DNA from: the human T2T-CHM13v2.0 reference genome, Homo sapiens
Direction: 5' to 3' (one strand)
Assembly (NCBI RefSeq): GCF_009914755.1
Contig: NC_060928.1
Length of the DNA stretch: 64,000 nucleotides
Shown: piece by piece, positions 41,500-52,136 of the stretch
How the letters are laid out: the number at the start of each line of letters is the position of its first letter
Position numbering within the stretch: position 1 is the first letter of the stretch
Notes under the pieces: model-generated
Told to the model about the DNA's origin: nothing
Databases searched by the model: none
Seen by the model: the letters and a program-made list of their open reading frames with translations, nothing else
Program-made: the position numbers and the translations under genes

Positions 41500-42480
41500 A
41501 TTGTCACCATATTTTTGAGTTGATACTCCTAGAGCATTCCCGTTTATTTAATGTATGAAGAGGAAAACCAGAAAACTGTAATTGGTTTGGCCTCGAGCAG
41601 GTGCTTGGGTGAGAGCCTGTTTTAGCTCTTCTGTGTGTTGTTTTTCCCCTCTTCCCAGTAGATTGGGTCCAGCTGGGTCTGTTTTAGTTTTTTTATATAG
41701 GGTTTGGGACATTAAGGAGTAGTTTGGAATCCAACTCCTGAAATAGCCTGTTAACTCTAAGAATCCTCTTAATTGCTTTTTAGTTTGGAGGGGGGTGGGG
41801 GAAGATGGTAACAGCAGAGATTCTCTCAGGGTTTATTAGTAACCCCCTTTGGGAAATCATATGTCCTAAACATTTAACTTGGAGGAGACAAAATTATAAT
41901 TTATCTTTCAATACTTTGTGTCTCTTAAAAGCAAGCTGTTTTAATAGGTGGACAGTATCTCCTCTGCATTTTGGTAGAGAGGATGAACACAACAGTAAAT
42001 CATCCACATACTGAATTAGAGTAGATTCTTTTGGAAATTCAATGTATTCTAAGTCTGCCTTTAGTATTTGAGATAAATAAGTAGGACTTTCAGAGTAGCC
42101 CAGTGGTAAGACTGTCCATGTGTATTTGCAATTTTAGCAAGTGAAAGCAAAAATATACTGGCTATTTTTCTCCACAGGAATACTGAAAAATGCACTACAT
42201 AAATCAGAAAGAGAGAAGTGGCTGGCAGTGATAGGAATATTGGTTAGTAAGATGTGGGGGTTAGGAACAACAGGTGTATAGGAATTATTTTATTTATAGC
42301 TTAGGTCCTGAACAAATCACCAGCCTTTCCCATTTGGCTTTTTAACTGGGAGAATTGGATTATTGCAAGGGCTGGTGCAGGGTATTATGAGTCCTTTGTC
42401 TAAATAGTCCTGAATGATTGGTTTGATTCCTAATAAGACTTCAGGTCTAATGGGGATATTGCCTTATATTTGGCAAAGGT
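41500..42480 (-). pseudogene. pol: Reverse transcriptase remnant
   Basis: YTWTVLPLGYSESPTYLSQILKADL..LIQYVDDLLLCS; YVDD at 41999-42010. Confidence 0.92.
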
Positions 42481-42649
42481 TTGGATTTATTTATGGTTAT
42501 CTCCATAGGGACCGCTGATTTAATTCTCCTAATATCTGTGGAAGGGCTTGCCCATAGGGAATCTGGTACCTTAGATAAGAAAGGCTCTAATTCTTCCTGT
42601 GCAGAATCTTGATTAACTTTCACAAGCATAATATTACATGTGGGTTTTT

Positions 42650-43041
42650 GTAATCTTCTATGTCTCCCAATTTGAGAATTATTTCCCCTTTCTGTTAAAA
42701 TGAGGTGTGAGCATTATGAGACTCTAGGAAATCCCATCCCAGCAGGTGTATGGGGGCACTATCTACTTTAAGAAAAACGTGATGCCTCACTAGTTATCCT
42801 AATTGAAATTGAAGTGGATTTGATTTAAAGACTATAATAGGAGAGTTTGAAACCTCTACCATTTGGACTTTTTTTTAATCTGAGGGAGAGGGTTCTTAAA
42901 CAAGGTATATTTGAGGACTGACAGAGTACCCCTGGTGTCAACAGGGACTTTGGTATTTTCCCCATTTATGGATATTTCTACTTCTCCTAAAGCATTTGTT
43001 GGAAGTAGAGGGAAAACTCTCTCTATTCTCTTGGAGCATCC
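42650..43041 (-). pseudogene. pro: Aspartic protease remnant
   Basis: GEVEISINGENTKVPVDTRGTLSVL (degenerate DTG), in frame after the gag TAG. Confidence 0.85.
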
Positions 43042-44445
43042 CTATTCTGATTTTTGAGTTGTTCTGGTCCCTTTCTCTGGGGTCCTTTGCCCACTTTGTG
43101 CAAGCACCCATTTAAGTTTTTTATGTAGTTTTTTATATTCTTTTTTTAAATGTTCTTTCTTTTTGGAATAGTGGCAAGTTTCTTCCTCTTGGGGTCGCTT
43201 AGATCTCTGGGGACCATGGGACCCTTGCAAACTCCCAACTTTGTTGGAAACTAAGCTATTTTAGTTGTAAACTAATAATTTTAGAGACTGTTTCCTTTTT
43301 TTTAATTGATGATTGTTTGTGACAATTGGCCAGCTGGGGTGACTAGGTGGCTAGTGGGCAAGGAAGCCCAAGCCACATTGTTCCTCTTTATTAGGCTTGC
43401 TAACTCCTTATCTCAACCTTGAATAAACCCAGAATTTAGTAAGGTGTCACTTCAACCATACTCAAAGGTTTCAGGAGGCATTTCTGAAAACTGTTTGAAT
43501 GTGTATTCAAACCTGATATAAAAGTCAGGCATGGTTTTGTTTGGGCATATTTTACATTGTTGAACCTTTGCCAAATCTATAACCTTGGGGAATATTTGTG
43601 GTACAGTTTCACAGAGGTGATTGCAAACCTCTCTGCATTTCTCTCTTCCAGTTGAACCCAGTTGAATCTATTCTGTCAAAATCTTCTGAAGACTGTTTCC
43701 AATCTGCTACTCTAAACCATTCTTTAGCTTTTTTTTGGAGGACCAGTAGTAACTCAACCAGCTGATATAGGGCAGAGAACCCTGAATTATAAATCTTAAG
43801 CATTAATTGGAATTCCTTAGCAAATCCAAAGGGTTCTTCATTTGGACTGGGGAATCCAGATACCAGGGCCTTTAACTCTGATTTGGTCCAGGAGGCATAT
43901 ATTATGTTAGGATCCCCTCTGCCTGTGGATTTTACTCTGAAAGGAGCAACTGCTATATTATTTTCTCCAGCTATTTCTGGTCCCCTGTGACTTGAGGCAA
44001 GGGAGTAGGGGAAGGAGGAAGAAAAATGGAGGAGCAGAAGGGGAGACAGTTTCTGTAGCCTTCCTGATTTCAGAAGTGGCTTCTACTAATTTATTTAATT
44101 CTGAGACAGTTACAATTTTTTGTTTTACTTACTTCCTGGAGGGAGGGAAGCTTATCATTCCCTCTTTTTGATGATTCTAGATGTCAGCTGAAGTACGAAT
44201 CCCATTCATTTTCTTTGATTTGGGCACCTTATTTTTCTAATCTAGTGTGTGAAGAAACCAATATAGGGATATCGAAAGTTTCCCAATTTGGAAACCTTAG
44301 ACCTAGGTAATATTTAGTAATATCTTTCCATTTACATAAATACTTGCAAGTAAAGGTGCCATAATTATTAAACAAACCCAGCGGGGCTGACTGTAGGGGG
44401 CCACTCTCTTGTCCTTTCTTCTCTTTTGGAGGGTTTATTTCCCAT
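43042..44445 (-). pseudogene. gag: Gag remnant
   Basis: ATG GGA AAT (MGNKPSK, myristoylation-type start); NNYG.TCKYL.KW matrix block; degenerate zinc knuckle CHYSKKKEHLKKEY; TAG at 43042-43044. Confidence 0.85.
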
Positions 44446-45045
44446 CTTTTTTTTTTTTTTTTAACTGACTTGTGGCCTAAGGATTTGTGTGGTGGATTGA
44501 TATGTGCTGCTTGTGGGCCTGACTCCACAGTTTCTCACCACTGAGTCATTTCTACCCTCTTACATGTTTCAGTTTCTCTCTCAGAAGTCTGTCACCTCTG
44601 AGAGGGTCAAAACGCAGGGTGATCAGCTCTTACACGCATTTTCTGGATGAGTCTTTTTAAATTAATATTTGTTGGGAAGTTTCCTATAGGGCCACTGCAC
44701 ATCGCAGAGGGGTATACCTACCAGACACTCCCATGAGGACCCTGGCCACCCAGGGGGCCCTTTCAGCTGGGAGGAGCAGAATGCACTTTCTATTAGGAGC
44801 TGAGGAACTCAGTCTCTCATTTACTTATGAAAAATAACAGTTCAGTTCCTCATGCAAAGTGTGCACAGACAAGCCAATTGAGATTAATTTTGAGAGAAAA
44901 GGCAATGAAGAAAGACCCTTTTGAATGCACGTCTGAAACTAAAATTAAGATTTTAACCAACATCTTAGGAGAAAAGAGAGAAAAAAAACAGCTCAGAATT
45001 AATTAAGGACCATCAATCAAAACAGGAGGTCGGGGGCTCAGGAGG

Positions 45046-45051
45046 ACTTAC
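45046..45051 (-). promoter_or_regulatory. Candidate major splice donor
   Basis: GTAAGT about 110 nt downstream of the PBS. Confidence 0.55.
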
Positions 45052-45157
45052 AAGTGTCACTGGAGGAGAAGCTTGAACTCGGTGAGGCTGAAGGGGTCCT
45101 GCTCATACCTTAGCTCTGGTTTTGGGCAACTCTTTTGGGGTACTGAGTCTTCCCTGA

Positions 45158-45179
45158 GGCCCCACATGTTTGGGCGCCA
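45158..45179 (-). promoter_or_regulatory. Primer-binding site, tRNA-Lys-like
   Basis: TGGCGCCCAAACATGTGGGGC versus Lys1,2 PBS TGGCGCCCAACGTGGGGC. Confidence 0.75.
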
Positions 45180-45185
45180 GATTAT

Positions 45186-45949
45186 TGTTGATGAAAAGAG
45201 TCCAACTCTGTAAAATATTTGAGGAGATTTCTTCTGAGCCAAATATGAGTGACCATGGCCCATGACATAGCCCTCAGGAGGTCCTGAGAACATGTGCTCA
45301 GAGTGATCTGGGCACAGCTTGGGTTTATATATTTATGGGAGACATGAGACATCAATCAAATACATTTAAGAAATATTTTGGTTTGCTTCAGAAGGGCAGA
45401 TAACTCAAAGAGGGGGCTGCCAGGCTATGGGCAAATTTAATCATATTCTGGTTGGTAATTGGTTGAGCTTGTCTGAAGACCTGGGATCAAAGGAAAGGAA
45501 TGTTCAGGTTAAGATAAAGGATTGTGGAGACGAAGTTTTACTGTGCAGACAAATCTCTCAGACAGCAGACTTCAGAGAGAGAGAAGGTTGTAAAATTATT
45601 TCTTATCAGACGTAAAAGGGTGCCTGGCTCTTAGGTGGTTATCTCCTGGATCTGAAAAGAAAGGAAGGAAAACAAAGGGAAAGGGGAATGCTCTATAGGA
45701 TGTGAACTTTTCCCACAAGAGACTGCAGGACAATTTCAAGGTATGGCAAAGAAATACATTTTGAGGTTAGATATTTTTTATTGCCTCATAATGTTATGCA
45801 AGAGTCAGATTGAAAAGTAAGTCATGATATGTAGGGTCAAATAAACCCATGTGATGAGGATTTATATTTTGAAGGGCACAACTCCCTAGACCCCTTAGGT
45901 AGAAATTTGGGCAAGATAAAAAAAAAAAAAAATCAGGGCTTAGTCCTCA
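45186..45949 (-). mobile_element. MER4E-like 5' LTR (764 bp)
   Basis: Minus strand TGAGGACTAAGCCCTGATTTTT..ATCTTGCCCAAATT..CTCTTTTCATCAACA; poly(A) signal mutated to AAGAAA. Confidence 0.85.
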
Positions 45950-46141
45950 GAAGTAACTTAACTTGCTTTTGATTTTATAGGCTCATAGGCAGAAGGGACT
46001 TGCCTTGTCTCAGTTGGGACTTTGGACTAGGACTTTTGAGTTAATGTTGGAATGAGTTAAGACTTTGGGAAACTGTTGGGATGGCATACTTGTGTTTTTA
46101 CTTTTGAGAAATATGAGATTTGAGAGGGGCCAGGGGAGGAA
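45950..46141 (+). mobile_element. THE1 internal region, 3' end
   Basis: GCTTTTGATTTTATAGGCTCATAGGCAGAAGGGACTTGCC..GAGGGGCCAGGGGAGGAA (PPT). Confidence 0.88.
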
Positions 46142-46526
46142 TGATATGGTCTGGCTCTGTGTCCCTACCCAAATCTCATCTTGAATCTTGAATTTTAATC
46201 AGAATTGTACTCCTCACATGTTGAGGGACAGACCTCGTGGGAGATGATTAGATTACACAGGTGGTTCCCTCATGCTGTTCTTGTGATAGTAAATGAGTTC
46301 TCAGGAGTTCTGATGATTTTATAAGGAAAGTTTTCCCCTTTGCTCAGCACTTCTCCTTCCTGCTGCCCTGTAAAGTAGGACATGTTTGCTTCCCCTTCAA
46401 CCATGATTGTAAGTTTCCTGAGGCTTCCCCATCCCTGCAGAACTGTGAGTCAATTCAGCCTCTTTTCTTAATAAATTACCCAGTCTCAAGTGTGTCCTTA
46501 TAGCAGCATGAGAATGGACTAATGCA
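46142..46526 (+). mobile_element. THE1D-like 3' LTR
   Basis: TGATATGGTCTGGCTCTGTGTCCC..GGACTAATGCA directly after the internal PPT. Confidence 0.88.
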
Positions 46527-47253
46527 GTAATGTAGGAAAAATACAACAAAGAGGCAATAATAACAAAACATGCAATTTAACACTCATGATCATGTTTCTG
46601 GATCTTTACAGTTTTATTATAGTCTAGATCTGGAATGTGCATCTTTTTCAACTTTTTCTACTGTGTACTTCTGCTCATTTCTGAGATTATTGTAAATGTC
46701 ATCATATTTTGTGTTTCCTCCAATATCCCTTTTAGAAGAGGTAACCACTTTTCTATGTATGTTCCCAAAGTACTTAGCACATATCTCTGTTATTGCAGCT
46801 ATTACATTGGATCAGAGCTAACTTTCTGCAGTCTGGTTTACTTCTGCCAGATTCAGAAATCATCTAGAGTACATGTTGTCTTATCCATCGTAATAGCACC
46901 GACATCTATCATGGAAGAAAATCACACAGTCAATATAATCACTGATTGATTCTTAATGCAGGATCCACAGACAAAGAGAAAATGTTCATAGATAGAGAAC
47001 AGTGAGGAATCTTGGGTGGGACAAATAATTATACATTTATTTTTAACTAGAGTAAAAGGGAAATTTAGAATTTTATTTAGCTACAAATATGAGTAACAAA
47101 CTACATTGCTGTTAGCAGTATCTAGCATCTATGACTTTATCACTATTAAAACTCAAATTGCAGTATTTCTAGAGATCTTATGTGTGATTTAAGCTTCCTG
47201 CTTTGTTATGGTAGTAATGGCTAATTAGGTCACTATATCTTTTTATTGCTGTG

Positions 47254-47979
47254 TGATGTAGTTTGGATGTGTGTCCCCACCCAAATCTCATATTGAAATG
47301 TAATCCTCAGTGTTGAAGTTGGGGCCTGGTGGGTGGTAATGGAATCATGAGGGTGTATTTTTTTTTTTTTTGAGATGGAGTCTCACTCTGTAGCCAGGCT
47401 GGAGTGCAGTGGCGCGGTCTCGCTCACTGCAACCTCTGCCTCCTGAGTTCAAGGGATTCTCCTGCCTCAGCCTCCCAAGTAGCTGAGACTACAGGCTCCT
47501 GCCAACACACCTGGCTAATTTTTTGTATTTTTAGTAGATATGGGGTTTCATCATGTTGGCTAGGATGGTCTCTATCTCTTGACCTCGTGATCTACCCGCC
47601 TCAGCCTCCTAAAGTGCTGGGATTACAGGCGTGAGCCACCGTGCCCTGCAGAGGGTGGATTTTTATGAAAGATTTAGCACCATCTTTCTTGGTACTATCC
47701 CCATGATAATGAATGAGTTCGCATGAGATCTGGTCATTTAGAAGTGTGTATCACCTCCCCCCTCACTTTCATTCCTGCTTTCACCATGCAATGTGACTGC
47801 CCCTCTTTTGCCTTCTGCCATGATTATAAATTTGCTGAGGCCTCCCCAGAAACTAAGCAGATGTCAGTGTTATGCTTCCTGTATAGCCTGCAGAACAGTG
47901 AAACAATTAAACCCTTTTTCTTTATAAATTACCCAGTATCAGGTATTTCTTTAAAGCAGTGCAAGAATGTCCTATGACA
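47254..47979 (+). mobile_element. MSTB-like LTR containing an Alu
   Basis: TGATGTAGTTTGGATGTGTGTCCCC..CCTATGACA; TSD CTGTG/CTATG. Confidence 0.85.
47358..47650 (-). mobile_element. AluSc nested in MSTB
   Basis: CTGTAGCCAGG and TCTCTTGACCTCGTGAT; TSD GAGGGTGTATTT / GAGGGTGGATTT. Confidence 0.9.
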
Positions 47980-48252
47980 CTATGTTAATAGAGAAGAGCT
48001 AGAAAGCTAGATACATAGATGATTGCATTTTAAGATAATTTTTGTAATTTGAATTTATTTTACATATTTAAAAACATTCTGGGAAGAGCATCCATTAAGT
48101 TAACAGAAATGACAAAAAGTCCTTGGCAGAAAATGTTTAAGTTCTCCTGGGAAACATGTTTGTTTGAAGGGAGAATGTCAGAAATACTTTATTAGTGTTA
48201 GAAAATAACTTGCTCTCTTTAATATTTAAAATTAAATTTTGTATCAGGTTTT

Positions 48253-48558
48253 TGTTTTGTTTTGTTTTGTTTTTTTGAGATGGAATCTTGCTCTGTCTCC
48301 CAGACTGGAGTGTAGTGGAGTGATCTCGGCTTACTGCAAGCTGTGCCTCCTGGGTTCATGCTATTTTTCTGCCTCAGCCTCCCGAGTAGCTGGGACTACA
48401 GGCACCTGCCACCATGACCGGCTACTTTGTTTGTGTTTTTAGTAGAGACAGGGTTTCACCACATTAGCCAGGATGGTCTCGATCTCCTGACCTCGTGATC
48501 CGCCCACCTCAGCCTCCCAAAGTGCTGGGATTACAGGCGTGAGCCACCGCTCCCGGCC
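48253..48558 (-). mobile_element. AluY with (TTTTG)n tail
   Basis: CTGCAAGCT and TTAGCCAGGATGGTCTCGATCTCCTGACCTCGTG; perfect TSD TGTATCAGGTTTT. Confidence 0.9.
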
Positions 48559-48861
48559 TGTATCAGGTTTTAAATTCATATCTTAGCCTAGCTAGTTCAT
48601 TTTGGAAAAATGCAAACTGACTTTAGCATTCCAACTTTTGGATCTTGAAGAACAGAAAATTTAGGCATTGAAGTTTATTTTCTTATGCATAACATGACTG
48701 TACATTCAAATTGAAAAGACTAAGCAGAGAAACTCCTAGAAAGTCTTATTCTACATTGATTTTTTTTCTTTGCCTAACTTCCAAAAAAGATGAAGACTGA
48801 AAGCTTCTACCTCTTAAACTATACTGTATTCGAAAATAGAAAATAAAGAGTAACCTACTGG

Positions 48862-48943
48862 ATCTCTTTCTCTCTTTTTCTCTCTCTCGTTGTGTGTGTG
48901 TGTCTCTCTCCTCTCTCAATTTTTCTTTCTCACTCTCTTTCTC
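48862..48943. repeat. TC/TG low-complexity tract
   Basis: Read directly. Confidence 0.8.
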
Positions 48944-49404
48944 AAGAGAAATGTTGGATGCATTATCCTCAGCTCTTTTAGCCATATTCAAAAAATTATT
49001 TAGCTGTACTAACAGTTTTCAATAAGAATTAACAGCAACTAAACTGTGAACTGTAAAACATAATTTGATTTAATAACAATGTAAGAATGATTCTATTTTC
49101 CTAATCAATTTGTGTTTTCCAATTAGATCATAAGCATGCACATCTAAAATTAGCATGTAATGTAAAAAAATTCTTTTTCACTCTTTTTTGATAAAGGCAT
49201 AAGGACATTATCAGTTTAATCACAAAAATTACAGAAATTTCAAGATTTTACAATAAATATGAATAAAATAGTGACTTAAAATAGCACACTTAATCACACA
49301 TATATTTGAATCTAACCAAATATTCAGTGTATTCAAATTAAATCACACATAAATTATAATCTAAAATGATCAAGAAAAAAATGCACTTCTCTCAACTTTA
49401 CAAA

Positions 49405-49475
49405 AACAAAGAAAGGAAGAAAGAAGGAGACAAAAGAGAGGAAGGAAAGATGGAAGGAAGGAAGGAAGGAAAGAA
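49405..49475. repeat. Purine-rich (GGAA)n-like tract
   Basis: Read directly. Confidence 0.8.
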
Positions 49476-50369
49476 TCAGCCAAAAGCAAAACTAAAACTC
49501 AGAGAGAGAATGGGAAAAATGAAACAAAACAACAACAGGAAAAAGTATAAGTACTTTTAAAACTATGTACAGAACATTGTAACTTTACTATATTGAAATC
49601 CACTGCTCAAAAGCCTGTATGTGTTGAAGTTCTTTACTGTAAGGCACACATTTTTGCAGGCCAAAGCCCTTTTCTAGAATTAATTTTCATTTATTAGCAG
49701 GTTAACAAGAAGCTTATTAGCATTTTTTTGTTCTTTGGAGGCATTCTAAAAAAATAAGACATAATAATCTTGACACATGGCTTAAAATGATGATGAGAAA
49801 CTTTACTAAGTAAAAAAAGCAAGGAATTGAATTTATGTGTAACAAATATTTCCCAAAGATATTAGAATTCCAGTGCACACTATGCTCATACATAAAGCCA
49901 AAGGCCGAATTGTTGCATGTGAAGTTCCTTTTCCTATTATAAAATCTTATCTACAAATTGAATATGGTCATGTGTCACATAAATTTTTGAATAAGAAGCT
50001 AAAATGTCAATTTTATCAAAGTTTCATCTGATTATAATGCAGAGTAGCCTTAAGCAGAGGACATTAAGGACCCTGCTTCAACTAATAGAGATATGGATAA
50101 ATTATAAGCTTGCTTGCTGCAGAGCCCATAAGTCATACTGTAGCCACTTCTGTAAGAGAAGCAAGGGAATGGAAATGAGATTTCACAACTTGAGCATTTT
50201 TTTATATCAAGGTCATTATACTAGTTGATGAAACTCATAAAAAATTAACAATCAAATTAATTTACTCATAATCAACTCATTTAATTAAAATAATTTATTA
50301 AATTCGGGAAAGTTGACGTTAAGTTGAATATCATCAATATGTATAAAATAGTAAAAACTTTAGTAATGA

Positions 50370-50500
50370 AATGGATCTGGGCTTTGTCATTTCACCAATT
50401 TGAGTTCAAATCCAAGCTCTAATACTTTGGGGCAAAGTCTTCTAGAACCAATTACATAAACTCCCTGAATATAATTGTTCTTATTTATAAAATGATGTTG
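50370..50500 (+). mobile_element. MIR fragment
   Basis: TGGGCTTTG..TGAGTTCAAATCCAAGCTCT..TTCTTATTTATAAAATGA core. Confidence 0.6.
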
Positions 50501-50699
50501 TATAAAGTATACAAATTATTTTATTTTATGTATTTTCTTCTTTCCAAGAGCTTCTTCTACACACTGCCTGGATGAACAATAAGTAGAAGGATATGCACTA
50601 TTTTATATACTCAAAAATTCAATAATGTAAAGCCTAGAAAAAAATCTTTAGTTTGATTCTTTATGGGAGACTTGCAACTTTCTTACCTTCTTAAAAAGT

Positions 50700-50783
50700 T
50701 GCTTTGAACACTGAATTCGTGAATATTGAGGAAACATAGGATTAGGGTTCTACAAGCTTCTGGCCATGACATTTTCATCAGTT
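50700..50783 (+). mobile_element. MER46C/Tigger-like fragment
   Basis: GAACACTGAATTCGTGAATATTGA..CTTCTGGCCATGACATTTTCATCA. Confidence 0.45.
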
Positions 50784-51346
50784 TGAAACCTTCCCCGTAA
50801 ACTTTATAAAATTAATCAGAGAAGAAGGGATGGGGGGAAATGAAAATAAGCTAAGCATGCAGCACATTCAGTATTAATCTTGAGGTCAGTTTGCTCTCTT
50901 ATCTGCTTCCTCATAGGAGTTTGGTGACTACTGCCTCAGAATACATACAGTAAGTTTCCCTTAAATAATCAGTAGGTATCAATTTGAACGTTATAAAATG
51001 TAAAGCATTCATTTGAGTTAGTCCTTCAGGTCTTGCATACCAATGAATCTACTGATGTCAGCTGGTCTGAAGAATCCCACTGACAAAAGCTGGTCTGAAA
51101 GACTCCACTCATGTTAGCTGATCTGAAGGACCCCACAGGAGCTGACTCACCAAAGAAACCAGTTTTCAAATCCTGGTGATTTAATTGCCCTTACCCCAAT
51201 CAACCAACAACCTCAATTTTCCAGCCTTTTACCTTCCAGGATCCCTTTACAAACCCCAGCCCAGAACTCCTCAGGGAGATGGATGTCAGGGTCTCCTCCC
51301 ATCTCCTAGCTTGGCATCCAATGATCAGTAAATTCTTTCACTGTTG
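50784..51346 (+). mobile_element. ERV1 LTR (LTR29/LTR49-like) lacking U5
   Basis: TGAAACC..AAACTTTATAAAATTAATCAG start; CCCAGAACTCCTCAGGGAGATGGAT; ends after AGTAAA..CTGTTG followed by A8. Confidence 0.75.
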
Positions 51347-51739
51347 AAAAAAAAGAATGTGTTTTAAGGAATTAACTTATGCAATGTAATAAATAACTGT
51401 CATGTGAGTCCTTGAATAATGACTATCAAAAACAAAGGACAAACCCAAAAATAGCATTCATTAAGAAATTCATTAGAAGACCTTTGAAAACATTAATGTT
51501 AAACCATGAAATAACATGTATCTAGTCTTTGTCTTATTTCTTTTTATATATTTGCCATATTATACAAGTAGTTGCAATTTCAAAGTGTGTAGCTAAAAAT
51601 GAAGCATTGAAAATACAATTAATAATAATGAGATTGATATTTGATAGTTAATAGGCTTTTAATTATCACTAAATTCCAACATAATTGGACCTCATTGTCT
51701 CAGAGTTGCCAAATTCTTTTCATAATAGAAGATTTTCCC

Positions 51740-52055
51740 CACTTCTTTCTTGCTGGTGCTTTCCACAGTAGCATGGTTCATTTCTCATCATTCTTTTCTG
51801 TATAAGGAGCATCTCCTTACAAAGGCCTTGCCTGAATAATCCATCAGATTTGGTCTTCTGCTATTCTTTTAAATCTTATTCTATATGTTTTATTTATAGT
51901 ATTTACCATACTTATAATTGCACATCATTTTCCCTCTTTGTTTTCTGTCACTTCACAAATGTTGGCAGGTCTACTATATGAAAACCACCTTTGTATTCTA
52001 AAACTTATAGTCTAAAAACTAAAATAGTACTCACAAAGCTGTTGCTCAATATTTT
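51740..52055 (+). mobile_element. L2 3' region
   Basis: AAAGGCCTTGCCTGA..TTATAGTATTTACCA..GTTGCTCAATATTT. Confidence 0.5.
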
Positions 52056-52059
52056 TAAA

Positions 52060-52136
52060 TTAATATTATTTAATTGATGAATCATAATTGTATACATTTA
52101 TGAGATACAATGTGATTTGTTTTGATATGTGTATAC
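52060..52136 (-). mobile_element. L1MA 3' terminal fragment
   Basis: ATAATTGTATACATTTATGAGATACAATGTGAT. Confidence 0.6.

Larger units (their letters stand above)
37065..45949 (-). mobile_element. Class I (MER4-group/epsilon-like) provirus: 5' LTR-PBS-gag-pro-pol-env, 3' LTR missing
   Basis: All components are collinear on the minus strand (see sub-features). Confidence 0.92.
46944..48149 (+). mobile_element. MER113-like hAT-Charlie element split by MSTB and Alu
   Basis: TTCTTAATGCAGGATCCA..GAAATTTAGAATTT..TTAGCAGTATCT left part; TTAAAAACATTCTGGGAAG..GTTTAAGTTCTCCTG right part. Confidence 0.6.

Noticed and set aside
51049-51136. CRISPR-like appearance of the 28-bp repeats
   Set aside because: Head-to-tail with no spacers, inside a mammalian LTR, no cas genes
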